From: Psammoneis japonica
Taxonomy: Eukaryota
DNA length: 64,000 nt
Assembly: GCA_008632985.1 (NCBI GenBank)
Contig: QPGO01000025.1
Span: 558,001-622,000 of the forward strand
Direction of reading: 5' to 3'
Within the stretch, counting starts at the first letter, position 1, and every line of letters begins with the position of its first letter. This document shows positions 1 to 11,072 of the stretch, piece after piece. The notes under the pieces were generated by a model that was given only the letters and a program-made list of their open reading frames with translations, ran no database searches and had not been told where the DNA came from. The translations under genes were made by a program, and so were the position numbers.

Positions 1-138
1 CTGAATACGTGATACTGAAAGAATGAGTACCGGTAGCATGAATCAAATTAAGGATTCTCGTATGACAGAACATGACAGGCTAGGCCTAGAGAATCAGACG
101 CAACCGCCCTGAACGACAACACGTTTTCAAATATAATC

Positions 139-2806
139 CTATGTGCCATGCTGAACTAAACCTCTATCGCTATGCGAACGGCGGAAAAGGCGTTGCTCCA
201 AAACTTCTCGCGCCCAACGTTCTGCTCGTAAAGATCCCGACGAACTCTGAGACTGATCATCATCATCGACATTGGAATCATCCCTCCAAGAGGCGTTTGG
301 AGATGGTGACGAAACACCGGTTTGGAGCATCCCCATGGTTGACCGGCGAGAGACAGTCTCGGAAAACGTATCCGATGCCGATCTTGTAAAGAGCATCCTG
401 CTTCTTGAGCTTCGACGAGTCAGAGCCTTGTCCAGCTGATAGAATAGACGTTTGCGATTATTCGCGGTCTTGGTCCTTTCCAGCTCTGTTTTCTCGTCAA
501 AGTCGGTCTTCACGAGCATTTCCATTACTTCAATGTCAAGACGCTCCAACGCACTGTGGTTGACGTGAGAGTTGTTTGGGCTTGCGCCTTCCAACCAAAA
601 GGTCAACATGTCGCCCTTGCCCTTCATGTTTATTAATCCACGGGGTTTCAGGTAGTATTGTTCACCTGCGCGTTCGGTCAAATGGTCAAAGGTACGGCTT
701 GAGCAGTGAATCTTTCCGGATGAACCGGAACTTTCGTGACGCGCCGTCGTGTTGACCGTGTCTCCAAACACACAGTATCGTGGATTGGTGACCCCCACAA
801 TGCCGCTGGCGCAGGCTCCTGTATGAATTCCGATGCGCAGTTGAATCGGCTTGTTGTCAAGCGGCGACAGGACGTGCTTGCAGCAATGGTTTACGGCAAT
901 GGCAAAATTGGCAACCTTTTCAGCGTGGTTCACATCAGCTTGAGGAAGTCCACTGCAGCACACATAAGCATCACCGATCGTTTCGACCTTGAATAGATCA
1001 AACTTCTTGGCGAGGAAATCCATGACGCAATAGAGTCGGTTCAGCATGCCAATAACCTCCCACGGGTACATCTTGTCGCAAATGTTTGTGAAGCCGACTA
1101 TATCAGAGAAGAACATGGTTACATGCTTGTGTAGCATCGGTTCCACCACTTTACCGGCGCGGAGACCCTCTGCTGCATGTCGCGGCAGCAATGATTCTAA
1201 TAGAGACTTTTCTCGTCGTAACGTTTGAGTCATCTGCTCGAGTTTCAGGCTGGAGTTAAACTGTGACGATAGATGCTCTCGAAGAAACATGGCTTCTCGG
1301 CATCCACCATGAACTGGAAGGTTAGACATGGTAAGGTCCATTTCGCGGAGCTCCTCCAAATTTTGTGCGTTCGGCGTTAAAATGAACATCATCTGGAGAG
1401 GGCTCACTGCGATACGTATAGCACTGGCGGTAAAGCGCAACTGCGTGTCGAAGATAGGTTCGACATTGAACAGCTGATCTTCTAGTTTTCGAAGCCAGCT
1501 CCAATCCCAAGTAAAGCCACGCGGTTGGGATACTTCAAAAATGTCCCCAATATGCTCGCCTACAAATTCGTCGCCTTCCTTGCCAAAAAGTTCTGCGAGG
1601 CTTTCACCTACCTGAATGATAAAAGAATCGCTGTCAACAATCACATGATGTGGAAAGAGCTTCCTCGTGATCTCCCCAGAAAGTCCAATCGACTTTTGCG
1701 ATTCAGTCACACTGGGGTCGACATCAGATGGCTCCCGGTAGCTACTCTGAGAAGACTTTCCTTCTGTGGAAGTTACAGTGGAGGCCGTCTTCTCGCAATG
1801 AAGTGGAGGCTGCCTTAGACCCGAAAATGGACATTTCGTGTTATGCATATCTGCGTTTGCCGCACTCTGCGAAGTGCAAGAGCTATCAGCATCTTTATCA
1901 AGGATAGATTGTGAGACTTCACTATGATCGATAACTTCAGATGATTTTCGTGGTGACGACAGTGGTTGGAATGGCTTCAGAAGGTTCGGGCGACGAAAAG
2001 ACCTTCCCGTGAAGGACACTTTACTTCAGGAGCGTTTGGCAATGAAATGGACTGTCCTGTGAAGGGGCACGTGTCTTGCTAGGCGTCGGTTTGAATTCAT
2101 TAGTTGGGCATTTCGCCTGGGTAAGTTTCCACTGTTTAGACGGGTCTTTCGCGGAGATTAGCCATCTACAATCATTACAGCGAGAAACGTTTCACAATGT
2201 TAGTAAGGGAAAGATATCGAGCCTAAATACACCTGACAGCAACACGCGGCTGAACTTACGTGGTAAACTTGGCACCGTCAACGTCTTGTTTCTGTCGAAG
2301 CAACATCTCAATTTCAACGCTAAAATGGAATTTAGCAACTTCTTTAACAACTCCTACCGCGAGAGGCACCAGTAAATTCCCTCGATGTGAATGATAATGT
2401 AACAATAGTGACCCATCATTAGCATCCCCGTCTTCGCACCAAAAGTCTGGCATTGTCATCTTCTTCGGGAAGGTAGCTTGGAGATGTTGGTGCATTGCGT
2501 TGATGTTGCTCATCCAGCTTTTCAAAGTATCTCCCTGGCAACAGAGGAGGTTTTCGAAGCCTTCCCGACGGGTGTAAGTCATGAAGTATGCCCCAAATGT
2601 CTCCAGCACCGTGTCAACAGACAAGCCGCTAACTTCACTTGCGGCGACAACAAGATTAATGGTGGATTCGTCCGGATAGCCTCAAACTTGAGAAACCCTC
2701 CGTCAGGTGTGGTGCATCCCGCTTTTTGTTTTATTAGATGCCACGCATCGAGACCAAACGTCTCAATCACCAGCTTTTCGGTGCAATCATTGATCCACCC
2801 CAACAT
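139..2806 (-). CDS. Soluble guanylate cyclase-like protein, copy A (H-NOX + Cys-Pro linker + PAS/HNOBA + class III cyclase); one intron 2166-2259; apparent 1-nt frameshifts near 2678, 2078 and 2015
   Basis: N-terminus MLGWINDCTEKLV (H-NOX start); proximal His in NAMHQHL, P-x-F, YxSxR (HYHSHRG); HNOBA 'LFPHHV' and 'LLESLLP'; catalytic FSDIVGFT, KVETIGDAY and PRYCVFGDTVN (Glu/Cys guanine specificity). GTAAGT...TGTAG intron. Frameshifts located by comparison with copy B. Confidence 0.9.
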
Positions 2807-3080
2807 CGCAAGTTCTGTTGTGAAGCGAAGTGAGTAATTTCGACTGTTTTTGTGAGTAGCATCTTCTGCCCGCGTCGACAAAGCTTCTGAGGTGGTGATG
2901 TGACCAGGTGGTTGGTCGCACAGATGGCGTGTCGTGTGTCGTGGATTTCGTACCGAAGTTGTTGGTTTTTGACTAGTCACGGGTCATTGTAGATTTGAAA
3001 GTGCACCGCAAGATTTATGCACTCCGATGACATCTGTGAAGCCTTTCCGTCGTAGTCTGTCACAAACAACCACAATGACC

Positions 3081-3106
3081 TGATGACCGCATTCGATTTC
3101 CGTTGG
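3081..3106. promoter_or_regulatory. Upstream motif conserved between the two cyclase paralogs (copy A)
   Basis: TGATGACCGCATTCGATTTCCGTTGG matches TGATGACCGCATAGATTTTCCGTTGG at 9071-9096, while the surrounding upstream DNA aligns poorly. Confidence 0.5.
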
Positions 3107-3109
3107 TCT

Positions 3110-6080
3110 TTTCCTTGCCGCGTCGGCCCCTTTTACCTTTTACCCCATGGTGCAGTGAGCTGGACGGCAGGACCAAGAGGGGTGGGACAGCCAGGTGACG
3201 GCCTGATCTACAGCATCTCAGACGGGCTTCACCTTGGTCAATTTCACAAAAGAGTGAGACCAAGGGGAGCCAATCACTGGACACTCAATGCACGCAAACG
3301 GCCCACCCAGCTGGTGTGGCTTCGGCTCTCCTCAATCCTGGCACCCCCCCCCTGGTCTCTGGCGTGCACTTTTGTGCGATGCTGCGGGCTTGAACAGCAA
3401 AAAACATCAGCTTGTGAGATCAAAATGGTGTTTTTCACACAGTTCACCATGCAGCTTCAAATCTTCAAAAACTGGTGCAGCAACGAGCCCAAGAAGAAGT
3501 TGCTGTGCTCAAAGTGACAGACACACACTGTCTTGCATCTGCGCTGCTCCACACTCTGGAGAACAACCTCTTTTGCACAGGCTGTGCCACACAAGGCTTG
3601 GAGCAATCACCCTGTGTGCCAAACATTCCAGCTTGTTGCAGAAGTCCATGGAACAACAGCCAGTTTTTTGACCCCATGACTGCCCGTGAGTTTTGGACAA
3701 CTTGCCAGGGGGCGGGTTTTGCACATTTCTGCATGTCAAGCTCATTTGACACAAGCCAAATTGGGGAAGCAAACTCCAAAACAAAGACTTTTTTGTGCTT
3801 TGTGCTGCAAATCATGCACGTGAACAAAGCGCAATGCCGCCACCATGAACTCTTCCACTCTTCTTGGGTCTTGGGCCAGTGGTGATCATGACCAATGGGG
3901 CAAGCTCTTCACAAGACTCAGCCAAAAATTTGAGGTTTTTGCTGCTTGTTGCATCTCTCACAGAGAGTTTTTTGACTTGCAGTGTTTTTGATGTGTCTTT
4001 GCCTCTCCTTAGATTTCTCACAGCAGGGCTCTTCACAATGCTTGTCTCCATTGACTTGGCACACCAGCTGTGCAAACAACAGCGCCAGCAGCCTCGTGGT
4101 GAGATGGCGGCATGTTTTTTGCTGTGTGTTGTCTGCACCTTGAGCCATTGTGGTCAATGCCTTTGCTTTGACAGCAAGTCTCATGAACACATCAACAATT
4201 TTTGGCATGAACAAAAGAGCAACTCTGTGCAAAGTTTTGAGGGTTTGCACTGCAGCTGAGAAACCTGCAGAGATGTGAGAGGTGCAGCAGGCCCAACGTG
4301 CCATGCAAAGCAGAACAATGACAAATCAGCAATGCTCCAGTGACGAAGCTGTCTTGGTTCATTCTCAGGTGGAGCTTCTCATTTGAAAATTGAAGTTTTG
4401 TCAATGTTTTGTCATCGCTTGTCATGGGGGGGGCACCCGCTCTTTTTGCAACTGAGCTTGTCATGCTGTGAATGAAAAGTGTGGGCATGTTTGTTGAGAA
4501 CAGCTCTCAGATGCAGCAATGGAAGAAATGGCAGAAAAATGGTGGCTCAGAGAGGCAGCAGAACAAACAGCCGTGCACAGCTTCCTGCCACTTTTTTTCA
4601 AAAAACAGAGCTGGCCATCAGAAAAAAGACTTTTTTTGTTGTTGTTGACACCCTCCAAGCAATGAGAGTGATGATCGGCACCTCAAAATGAACAGATCTG
4701 AGGAGAGAAGCAACAAAAAACTGGGAAAAGTCCGCTCAGATCTGTGCGCACAAAGTGTGCAGTGAAGGAAAAATGACATGGGCACAATGTCCAACAACTT
4801 TAGAATGTGCGTTTCTCACCTGGGGTGAAAATGCATTTGTCCACAGAGTCATGTTGTGAGCTTTGAGTTGGTTTGGTCAGGTGTTGCAAACAAACAAGTG
4901 ATTGCCAACAGAAAATGTGGCAATTCATTGCAGAGAGCCTGCTGTGTGCTCAAAAGCCATGGCAGTTGTGGGCATGGCTGGTGCTTGGGCACACTCTCTC
5001 TGGGTGCCAAAGAGTGCATCTAAAGTTGCATGTTGACCAAAAATGTCAAGTGTTTGCAAGCTGTCTCACATTCTGGAAAAGAGGTGGTCAGGAAAAGGGG
5101 CTGTGAAAACAATCTGCATCCAGCTGCATGTGGCTTTGTGTGGCTTGCAATGTTGCATGAACCATGTCATGCACTGGCTCTGTGAGCCCCACCTGGCAAG
5201 AGCCAAAGCTGCCTCATCATGTTGCTGAGAGTTCCAGGGCCTGCCCAAAAAGAAAAAGAGATGACAAGCCCTCTCGAAATGGGTGGCTGCCAAAATTGCT
5301 GTGTGGAGGCAATGATTTTTCAGCTCAAAAGAGCCCAAGATCTGTCTCTCCACATGACCAGGCCTGCAGCAAGGTCACAATTCTGTTGAAACTCTTGCTG
5401 CTGAGAAATTGGCTGCTCTGCTTTTGAAGAACAAAGCCATCTTGTTGCTCCTTGACAAGAAAATGTGGCTCACAGGGGCGCTTTGCAAGGCCATTTGAGA
5501 TTGTTGCAAGCCAGCATCTGATGGCATCTTTGTGTCATCTGCTGGTCAGTGTGAGCACACTTGTGCCCAGCAACCATCTGTTTGCCTCTGCCCAACTTCA
5601 TGTGTGTTGAACCCTGTGCACACCGCAGGTCACTTCACTCCAAAGCCAGTCAGGCATGGAGGTGAGAAGCCCAGCAACACAGCAGAACAGGAACACTCAT
5701 GGAGCATCAGGCTCAAAAACAGAGTGGAGAGCCAGGAGGGCATGGGGGGGGGGGGGGGGGNTGGAGGAGAGACATGATGAATGACAAGGAGAGATGACAG
5801 AGGATTTTTCATGCACTTGGGCTGTGGCCAACACAAAGACTTAGGAACAGGAGCCCACAATGTGAGGTGCCATCAAGAATCTGGGGGCACAAATGGCCAG
5901 CGCATCCAAAAAGGCATCAGCTGCACAGACTGAGGCAAAAGAATGAACAGAAAGAGTCCCAGAAAGGATGAAAAAAGGAGAAGACACTGCAACACGAGAA
6001 GCAACCCAGTGTCCAGACATTGTCATGCATTGTGCTTTATGAATGTCCCAGCTGGCATTGAATGGTTCTGTCACTTTGCG
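3110..6080. other. TpA-depleted, TpG/CpA-rich degenerate block 1 between the cyclase paralogs
   Basis: Only a handful of TA dinucleotides are visible in ~3 kb; ORF translations lack Tyr and are Cys/His/Gln-rich; contains a poly-G run with an N at 5761. Confidence 0.85.
4370..4625 (-). mobile_element. Possible relic of a hAT transposase C-terminal dimerisation domain
   Basis: Fragments 'LCFLKK...SSIAASESCS' and 'VAKRA...DDKTLTKLQFSN' resemble the hAT pattern (L.FWK...ASSAxSERxFS...KRxRL...L.KL.FL..N); heavily degraded. Confidence 0.35.
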
Positions 6081-8693
6081 AACGGTGGAAAAGGCGTTGC
6101 TCCAAAACTTCTCGCGCCCAACGTTCTGCTCGTAAAGATCCCGACGAACTCTGAGACTGACCATCATCATCGACAGTGGAATCATCCCTCCAAGAGGCGT
6201 TTGGAGCTAGCGACGGAATCTCTGAGGAGAGCATCCCCATGGTTGAGCGGCGTGAAACAGTCTCCGAAAACGTATCAGATTCCGATCTTGTAAAGAGCAT
6301 CCTGCTTCTTGAGCTTCGACGAGTCAGAGCCTTGTCCAGCTGATAGAATAGACGTTTGCGATCAACAGCAGTCATCGTCCTTTCCCGCACTGTTTTCTCA
6401 TCAAAGTCAGTCTTGACGAGCATCTTCATTACTTCAATAGAGAGAAGCTCCAACGCACTGTGGTTGACGTAAGAGTTGTTTGGGCTTGCGCCTTCCAACC
6501 AAAAGGTCAACATGTCGCCCTTGCCCTTCATGTTTATTAATCCACGGGGTTTCAGGTAGTATTGTTCACCTGCGCGTTCGGTCAAAAGGTCAAAGGTACG
6601 GCTTGAGCAGTGAATCTTTCCGGATGAACCGGAGCTTTCGTGACGCGCCGTCGTGTTGACCGTGTCTCCAAACACACAGTATCGTGGATTGGTGACCCCC
6701 ACAATGCCGCTGGCGCAGGCTCCTGTATGAATTCCGATGCGCAGTTGAATCGGCTTGTTGTCAAGCGGGGACAGCACGTGCTTGCAGCAATGGTTTACGG
6801 CAATGGCAAAATTGGCAACCTTTTCAGCGTGGTTCGCATCAGCTTGAGGAAGTCCACTGCAGCGCACGTAAGCATCACCGATCGTTTCGACCTTGAATAG
6901 ATCAAACTTCTTGGCGAGGAAATCCATGACGCAATAGAGTCGGTTCAGCATGCCAATAACCTCCCACGGGTACATCTTGTCGCAAATGTTTGTGAAGCCG
7001 ACTATATCAGAGAAGAACATGGTTATATGCTTGTGTAGCATTGGTTCCACCCCTTTACCGGCGCGGAGACCATCTGCTGCATGTCGCGGTAGCAAGGACT
7101 CCAATAGAGACTTTTCTCGTCGTAACGTTTGAGTCATCTGCTCGAGTTTCAGGCTGGAGTTGATCTGTGATGATAGATGCTCGCGAAGAAACATGGCTTC
7201 TCGGCATCCACCATGAACTGGAAGGTTAGACAATGTAAGGTCCATTTCGCGGAGCTCCTCCAAATTTTGTGCGTCGGGAGTTAAAATGAACATCATCTGG
7301 AGAGGGCTCACTGCGATACGTATGGCACTGGCGTTGAAACGCAACTGTGTCAAAGATAGGTTCGACATTGAACAGCTGATCTTCTAGTTTTCGAAGCCAG
7401 CTCCAACCCCAACTGAAGCCACGTGGTTTGGATACTTCAAATATGCTGCCAATGTGCTCGCCAATAAATTCATCATCTTTCTTGCCGAAAAGGTCTGCGA
7501 GGTTTTCACCAACCTGATGAATATTAAACTCCTTGTCTACGATCACATGATGTGGAAAGAGCTTCCTCGTGATCTCCCCAGAAAGTCCAATCGACTTTTG
7601 CGATTCAGTCACACTGGGGTCGACATCAGATGATTCCGGGTAGCTTCCCCGAGAAGATTCAGTGTATGATTCACTGTAGGCCGTTTTCTCACAATCTCGC
7701 GCTGAAGATGTATATTTCCTGCCAAGCATATCTGCGTTTGCCACACTCTGCGAAGTGCAAGAGCCATCGGCATCTTTTTCAAGGATAGCTTGTACAACTT
7801 CACTGTCATCGATAACTTCGGATGCTATTCTCGTGGTGACGACAGTGGTTGGTATGGCTTCAGGAGGTTCCGTCGATGAAAATGCTTTTCCCGTGAAGGG
7901 GCACTTTACTTCAGCAGCGTTTGGCGATGAAATAGAATTTCCTGTGAAGGGACACGTGCCTTCGCTAGGCGTCGGCTTGAATCCATTGGTTGGGCATTTC
8001 GCCTGGGTAAGTTTCCACTGCTCGGACGGGACTTTTGCGGAGATTTGCCATCTACAATCATTACAGCGAGAAATGTTTCACAATGTTAGTAAGGGTAAGA
8101 TATCGAGCCTAAATACACCTGACAGCAACAAGCGGCTGAACTTACGTGGTAAACTTGGCACCGTCAACGTCTTGTTTCTGTCGAAGCAACATCTCAATTT
8201 CAACGCTAAAATGGAACTTGGCAACTTCTTTAACAACTCCTACCGCGAGAGGCACCAGTAAATTCCCTCGATGTGAATGATAATGCAACAACAGTGACCC
8301 ATCACTTGTATCCCCGTCTTCGCACCAAAAGTCTGGCATTGTCATCTTCTTCGGGAAGGTAGCTTGGAGATGTTGGTGCATTGCGTTGATGTTACTCATC
8401 CAGCTTTTCAAAGTATCTCCCTGGCAACAGAGGAGGTTTTCGAAGCCTTCCCGACGGGTGTAAGTCATGAAGTATGCCCCAAATGTCTCCAGCACCGTGT
8501 CAACAGACAAGCCGCTAACTTCACTTGCGGCGACAACAAGATTGATCGTGGATTCGTCCGGATAAGCCTCAAACTTGAGGAACCCCCCGTCAGGTGTGGT
8601 GCATCCCGCTTTTTGTTTTATTAGATGCCACGCATCGAGACCAAACGTCTCAATCACTAGCTTCTCAGTGCAATCATTGATCCACCCCAACAT
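6037..8693 (-). CDS. Soluble guanylate cyclase-like protein, copy B (tandem paralog); intron ~8052-8145; apparent 2-nt frameshift near 7349
   Basis: Same H-NOX, HNOBA and cyclase motifs as copy A, with near-identical DNA over the H-NOX and catalytic parts; ATG at 8693, TAA at 6037-6039. Confidence 0.9.
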
Positions 8694-8823
8694 CGTAACT
8701 CCTCGTCTGGAAAGCAGTGTTTGCCGCAACTACAGTATCTGCCGTGTGGGTCTGATTTGGAGATTTGCAGAGAGACTTGTGATTGGAGTTGGTGACACCT
8801 GCGTGTCAGGTTTTTGTCGCATG

Positions 8824-9460
8824 TCTACTCTACTCTAGCTACCGTAGTAGGGCCCCTCTACTAGCTCTAGTAGAGAAGTAGAGAGGGTAATAACGTTATG
8901 TACAGTACCGCGTTCTCGTAGGTTTTACGCAGTCACGTTTTCCGTGGGAGAATACAGTAGAAGTGTTCGCTCACAGTGGCGTAATGACTTTCGTTATGTA
9001 TTTGCTGAACTGGTGGTCACAATCCTCATCACCTTTCTGTCGTACGACGTATGAATGACCGAATTGAGAATGATGACCGCATAGATTTTCCGTTGGATGA
9101 ACTACTACAGTACTTCCTTACTACTCCGCTCTACTCTCAATACCGGTGCTAGAGGTGCTAGCTACTACTAGAGTAGAGCTAGAGTAGCTAGCGACAAGCT
9201 CTACTACCTAGAGGGGCCCTATGAGTGCGGCGTGATGCGTGCTGGGTGCCGAGGCGAGGATGAAGGCTCTTTAACTCTGTACTTAGTTTGAACCATTCCG
9301 CCCGCAATCCGCGTGGTGCGGCTGTCCTTGTACGGTAGCCACTCTAGAGAGTGGTGAGCTATCTCTACTAGTAGAGAGATCAGTCTAGTGTCGCTCTCTC
9401 TGCAGGAGACAGAGCCTACTCCTTCACTCTAGGGCCTACGAGAGAGAGAATAGTGGATAG
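8824..9460. repeat. CTA/TAG/CTAG-rich low-complexity patches (8824-8885, 9100-9221, 9335-9460) with a perfect 13-bp inverted repeat (8848-8860 / 9209-9221)
   Basis: TAGGGCCCCTCTA ... TAGAGGGGCCCTA; dense CTCTAG, TAGAG and CTACTA words. Confidence 0.7.
9071..9096. promoter_or_regulatory. Upstream motif conserved between the two cyclase paralogs (copy B)
   Basis: Matches 3081-3106; preceded in both copies by CCTTTCYGTCGTA and AATGACC. Confidence 0.5.
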
Positions 9461-9920
9461 GGCGACGAGTGGTCAACTCGGGAACAGTTGAAAAAAGTGA
9501 GGTATATATCATTCCTGGTATGGTCTTGCACTTTGCACTCTGCTATTTATACTATCCTATGTTGTTCGGGTTTTCTGGACTTCTGGCAAAAGGCGCGGAC
9601 CTCATGGCACCGATACAGTCTTCCTCTTTCTCGGGGCCGACGAACGCATTGGCGGTTGATCTTTCACCTGATGTGTCCACCAACTGGTCTCTCGGTTGGC
9701 GGTACGTGTACGACTAGGTCGATCTTTGTGCTTGACTACAATAACATGAGACTTCACAATGCAGTAGTCTACGCAATCAGTCTACGATCAGAAACTTTCT
9801 GTAGTTTTTCTGGACGTTCTCGTGACGATGTTGAATATATATGATCAAACGATTCCCTAAAACTAGACCGTTAAAATAGTTGTCACTTCTTGTCACCGCT
9901 CCTTCACTACGCGTAAGCTC

Positions 9921-10411
9921 TTAATCTCTTTTCTCTTCTAGCTTTGCAACTCCTTCTCCGTGATTTAACGGTTCAATTCCAACATTACGAAGAACATCAG
10001 GAAGTCCTCTCGCCTGCCGAGACTGCGGTGGTCGGGCAGCCTTTATCTCTCCGGGTCGATCAACATATTCCATCACCGCCATTGGCGCCTTGTCGCCCTG
10101 TCGCGGTCTCGCCAGCTTCAGAATTCTGGTGTATCCACCCTCTCTGTCTTGATATCGCGGTCCAAGCACTTCAAACAGCTTGGTGAGGGCAGGCTTTTCC
10201 CTTACCACTGCGTCGGCTGTCGTCTTGCGTGCAAACTCCCGTTCTTTCCAAGCGTAATCATTCTCTCCGCCAACCGGCGTAACTCCTTCGCCTTTGGGAC
10301 GGTGGTGACGATACGCTCGTGCTTGATCAGTGACGTGACCATATTCCGAAGCATGGCCCATTTATGGGACGGGGTTCGGGATAACTTGCGGAAGGCGAGT
10401 CGTTTCCTCAT
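9921..10411 (-). CDS. rpl17: Ribosomal protein bL17, probably mitochondrial; apparent 1-nt frameshift near 10218
   Basis: [46 protein letters not shown] joined to [23 protein letters not shown]...[13 protein letters not shown], the typical L17 motifs; no bipartite plastid presequence. Confidence 0.92.
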
Positions 10412-10677
10412 GGTGCTGTCGACGGCGGTGTGCGGTTGTGTGTTGGAATGGAGTGTTGAGTGTACCGGTATGTGCGCTGGGGTTTTCTTGTGACGTACGA
10501 TGGACGGGCTGAACGTGGTACGTACAAAGACAGACGCAAGATATCTATTCAATGCGTTTTAGGCGGATAAGCTAACTCGACCTTCGACACACTTCATCTG
10601 CGCTCTTTCCACTCAAGATCCACAAAGACGACCGCCGCCGCAGCGCCGCCGCACTCCCTCTCAACACATCAGCCGTC

Positions 10678-10944
10678 ATGAGTAGCACCGATAAAGACTC
10701 CAACAAGGCCGCCTCTACTACCGTCAAGGAAGACCCAGCTCAAAAGAAGCTCGAGGAAGCGGCAGCGGTTGAAGCTATTGAAGAGGATGATGAGTTTGAA
10801 GAATTCGACCCTGCACGCTGGGACGCTCGCGATGAGGATGCCGAAGACGCGCAGCAATGGCAAGACAACTGGGATGACGATGATATTGACGATGACTTTA
10901 CCAAGAGTTTGAGAGCTGAGCTGTCAAAGAATTCTGGGAAGTAG
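10678..10944 (+). CDS. SEM1: DSS1/SEM1 (26S proteasome lid subunit)
   Basis: 88 aa acidic protein with EEDDEFEEF...W...[22 protein letters not shown]; head-to-head with bL17. Confidence 0.95.
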   Translation: MSSTDKDSNKAASTTVKEDPAQKKLEEAAAVEAIEEDDEFEEFDPARWDARDEDAEDAQQWQDNWDDDDIDDDFTKSLRAELSKNSGK

Positions 10945-11072
10945 ACACGGGAAATGAGTCGGGTTCCGTTCGGAAGGATTTCCGTTGTGCGTACATACCT
11001 GGAGATGATGTATGAAAGGATATCGAAGCAAATTATTCTGGACGTTATCCACAAAGTAAGAGAACTTGGGAC

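Noticed and set aside
5744..5761. G-quadruplex or functional poly-G
   Set aside because: The run ends in an N, so it is probably a contig join or low-quality site of unreliable length.
139..8693. Cyclase copies (and bL17, CLC) as pseudogenes
   Set aside because: Only isolated small deletions with all motifs intact, and the same pattern occurs in a housekeeping gene; more likely sequence error.
8848..9221. MITE defined by the 13-bp inverted repeat
   Set aside because: No target-site duplication of hAT length, and the interior contains sequence homologous to the copy A upstream region; kept only as an unexplained repeat.
9469..9844. Short ORFs between cyclase B and bL17
   Set aside because: No recognisable motif or convincing start; cannot be supported.
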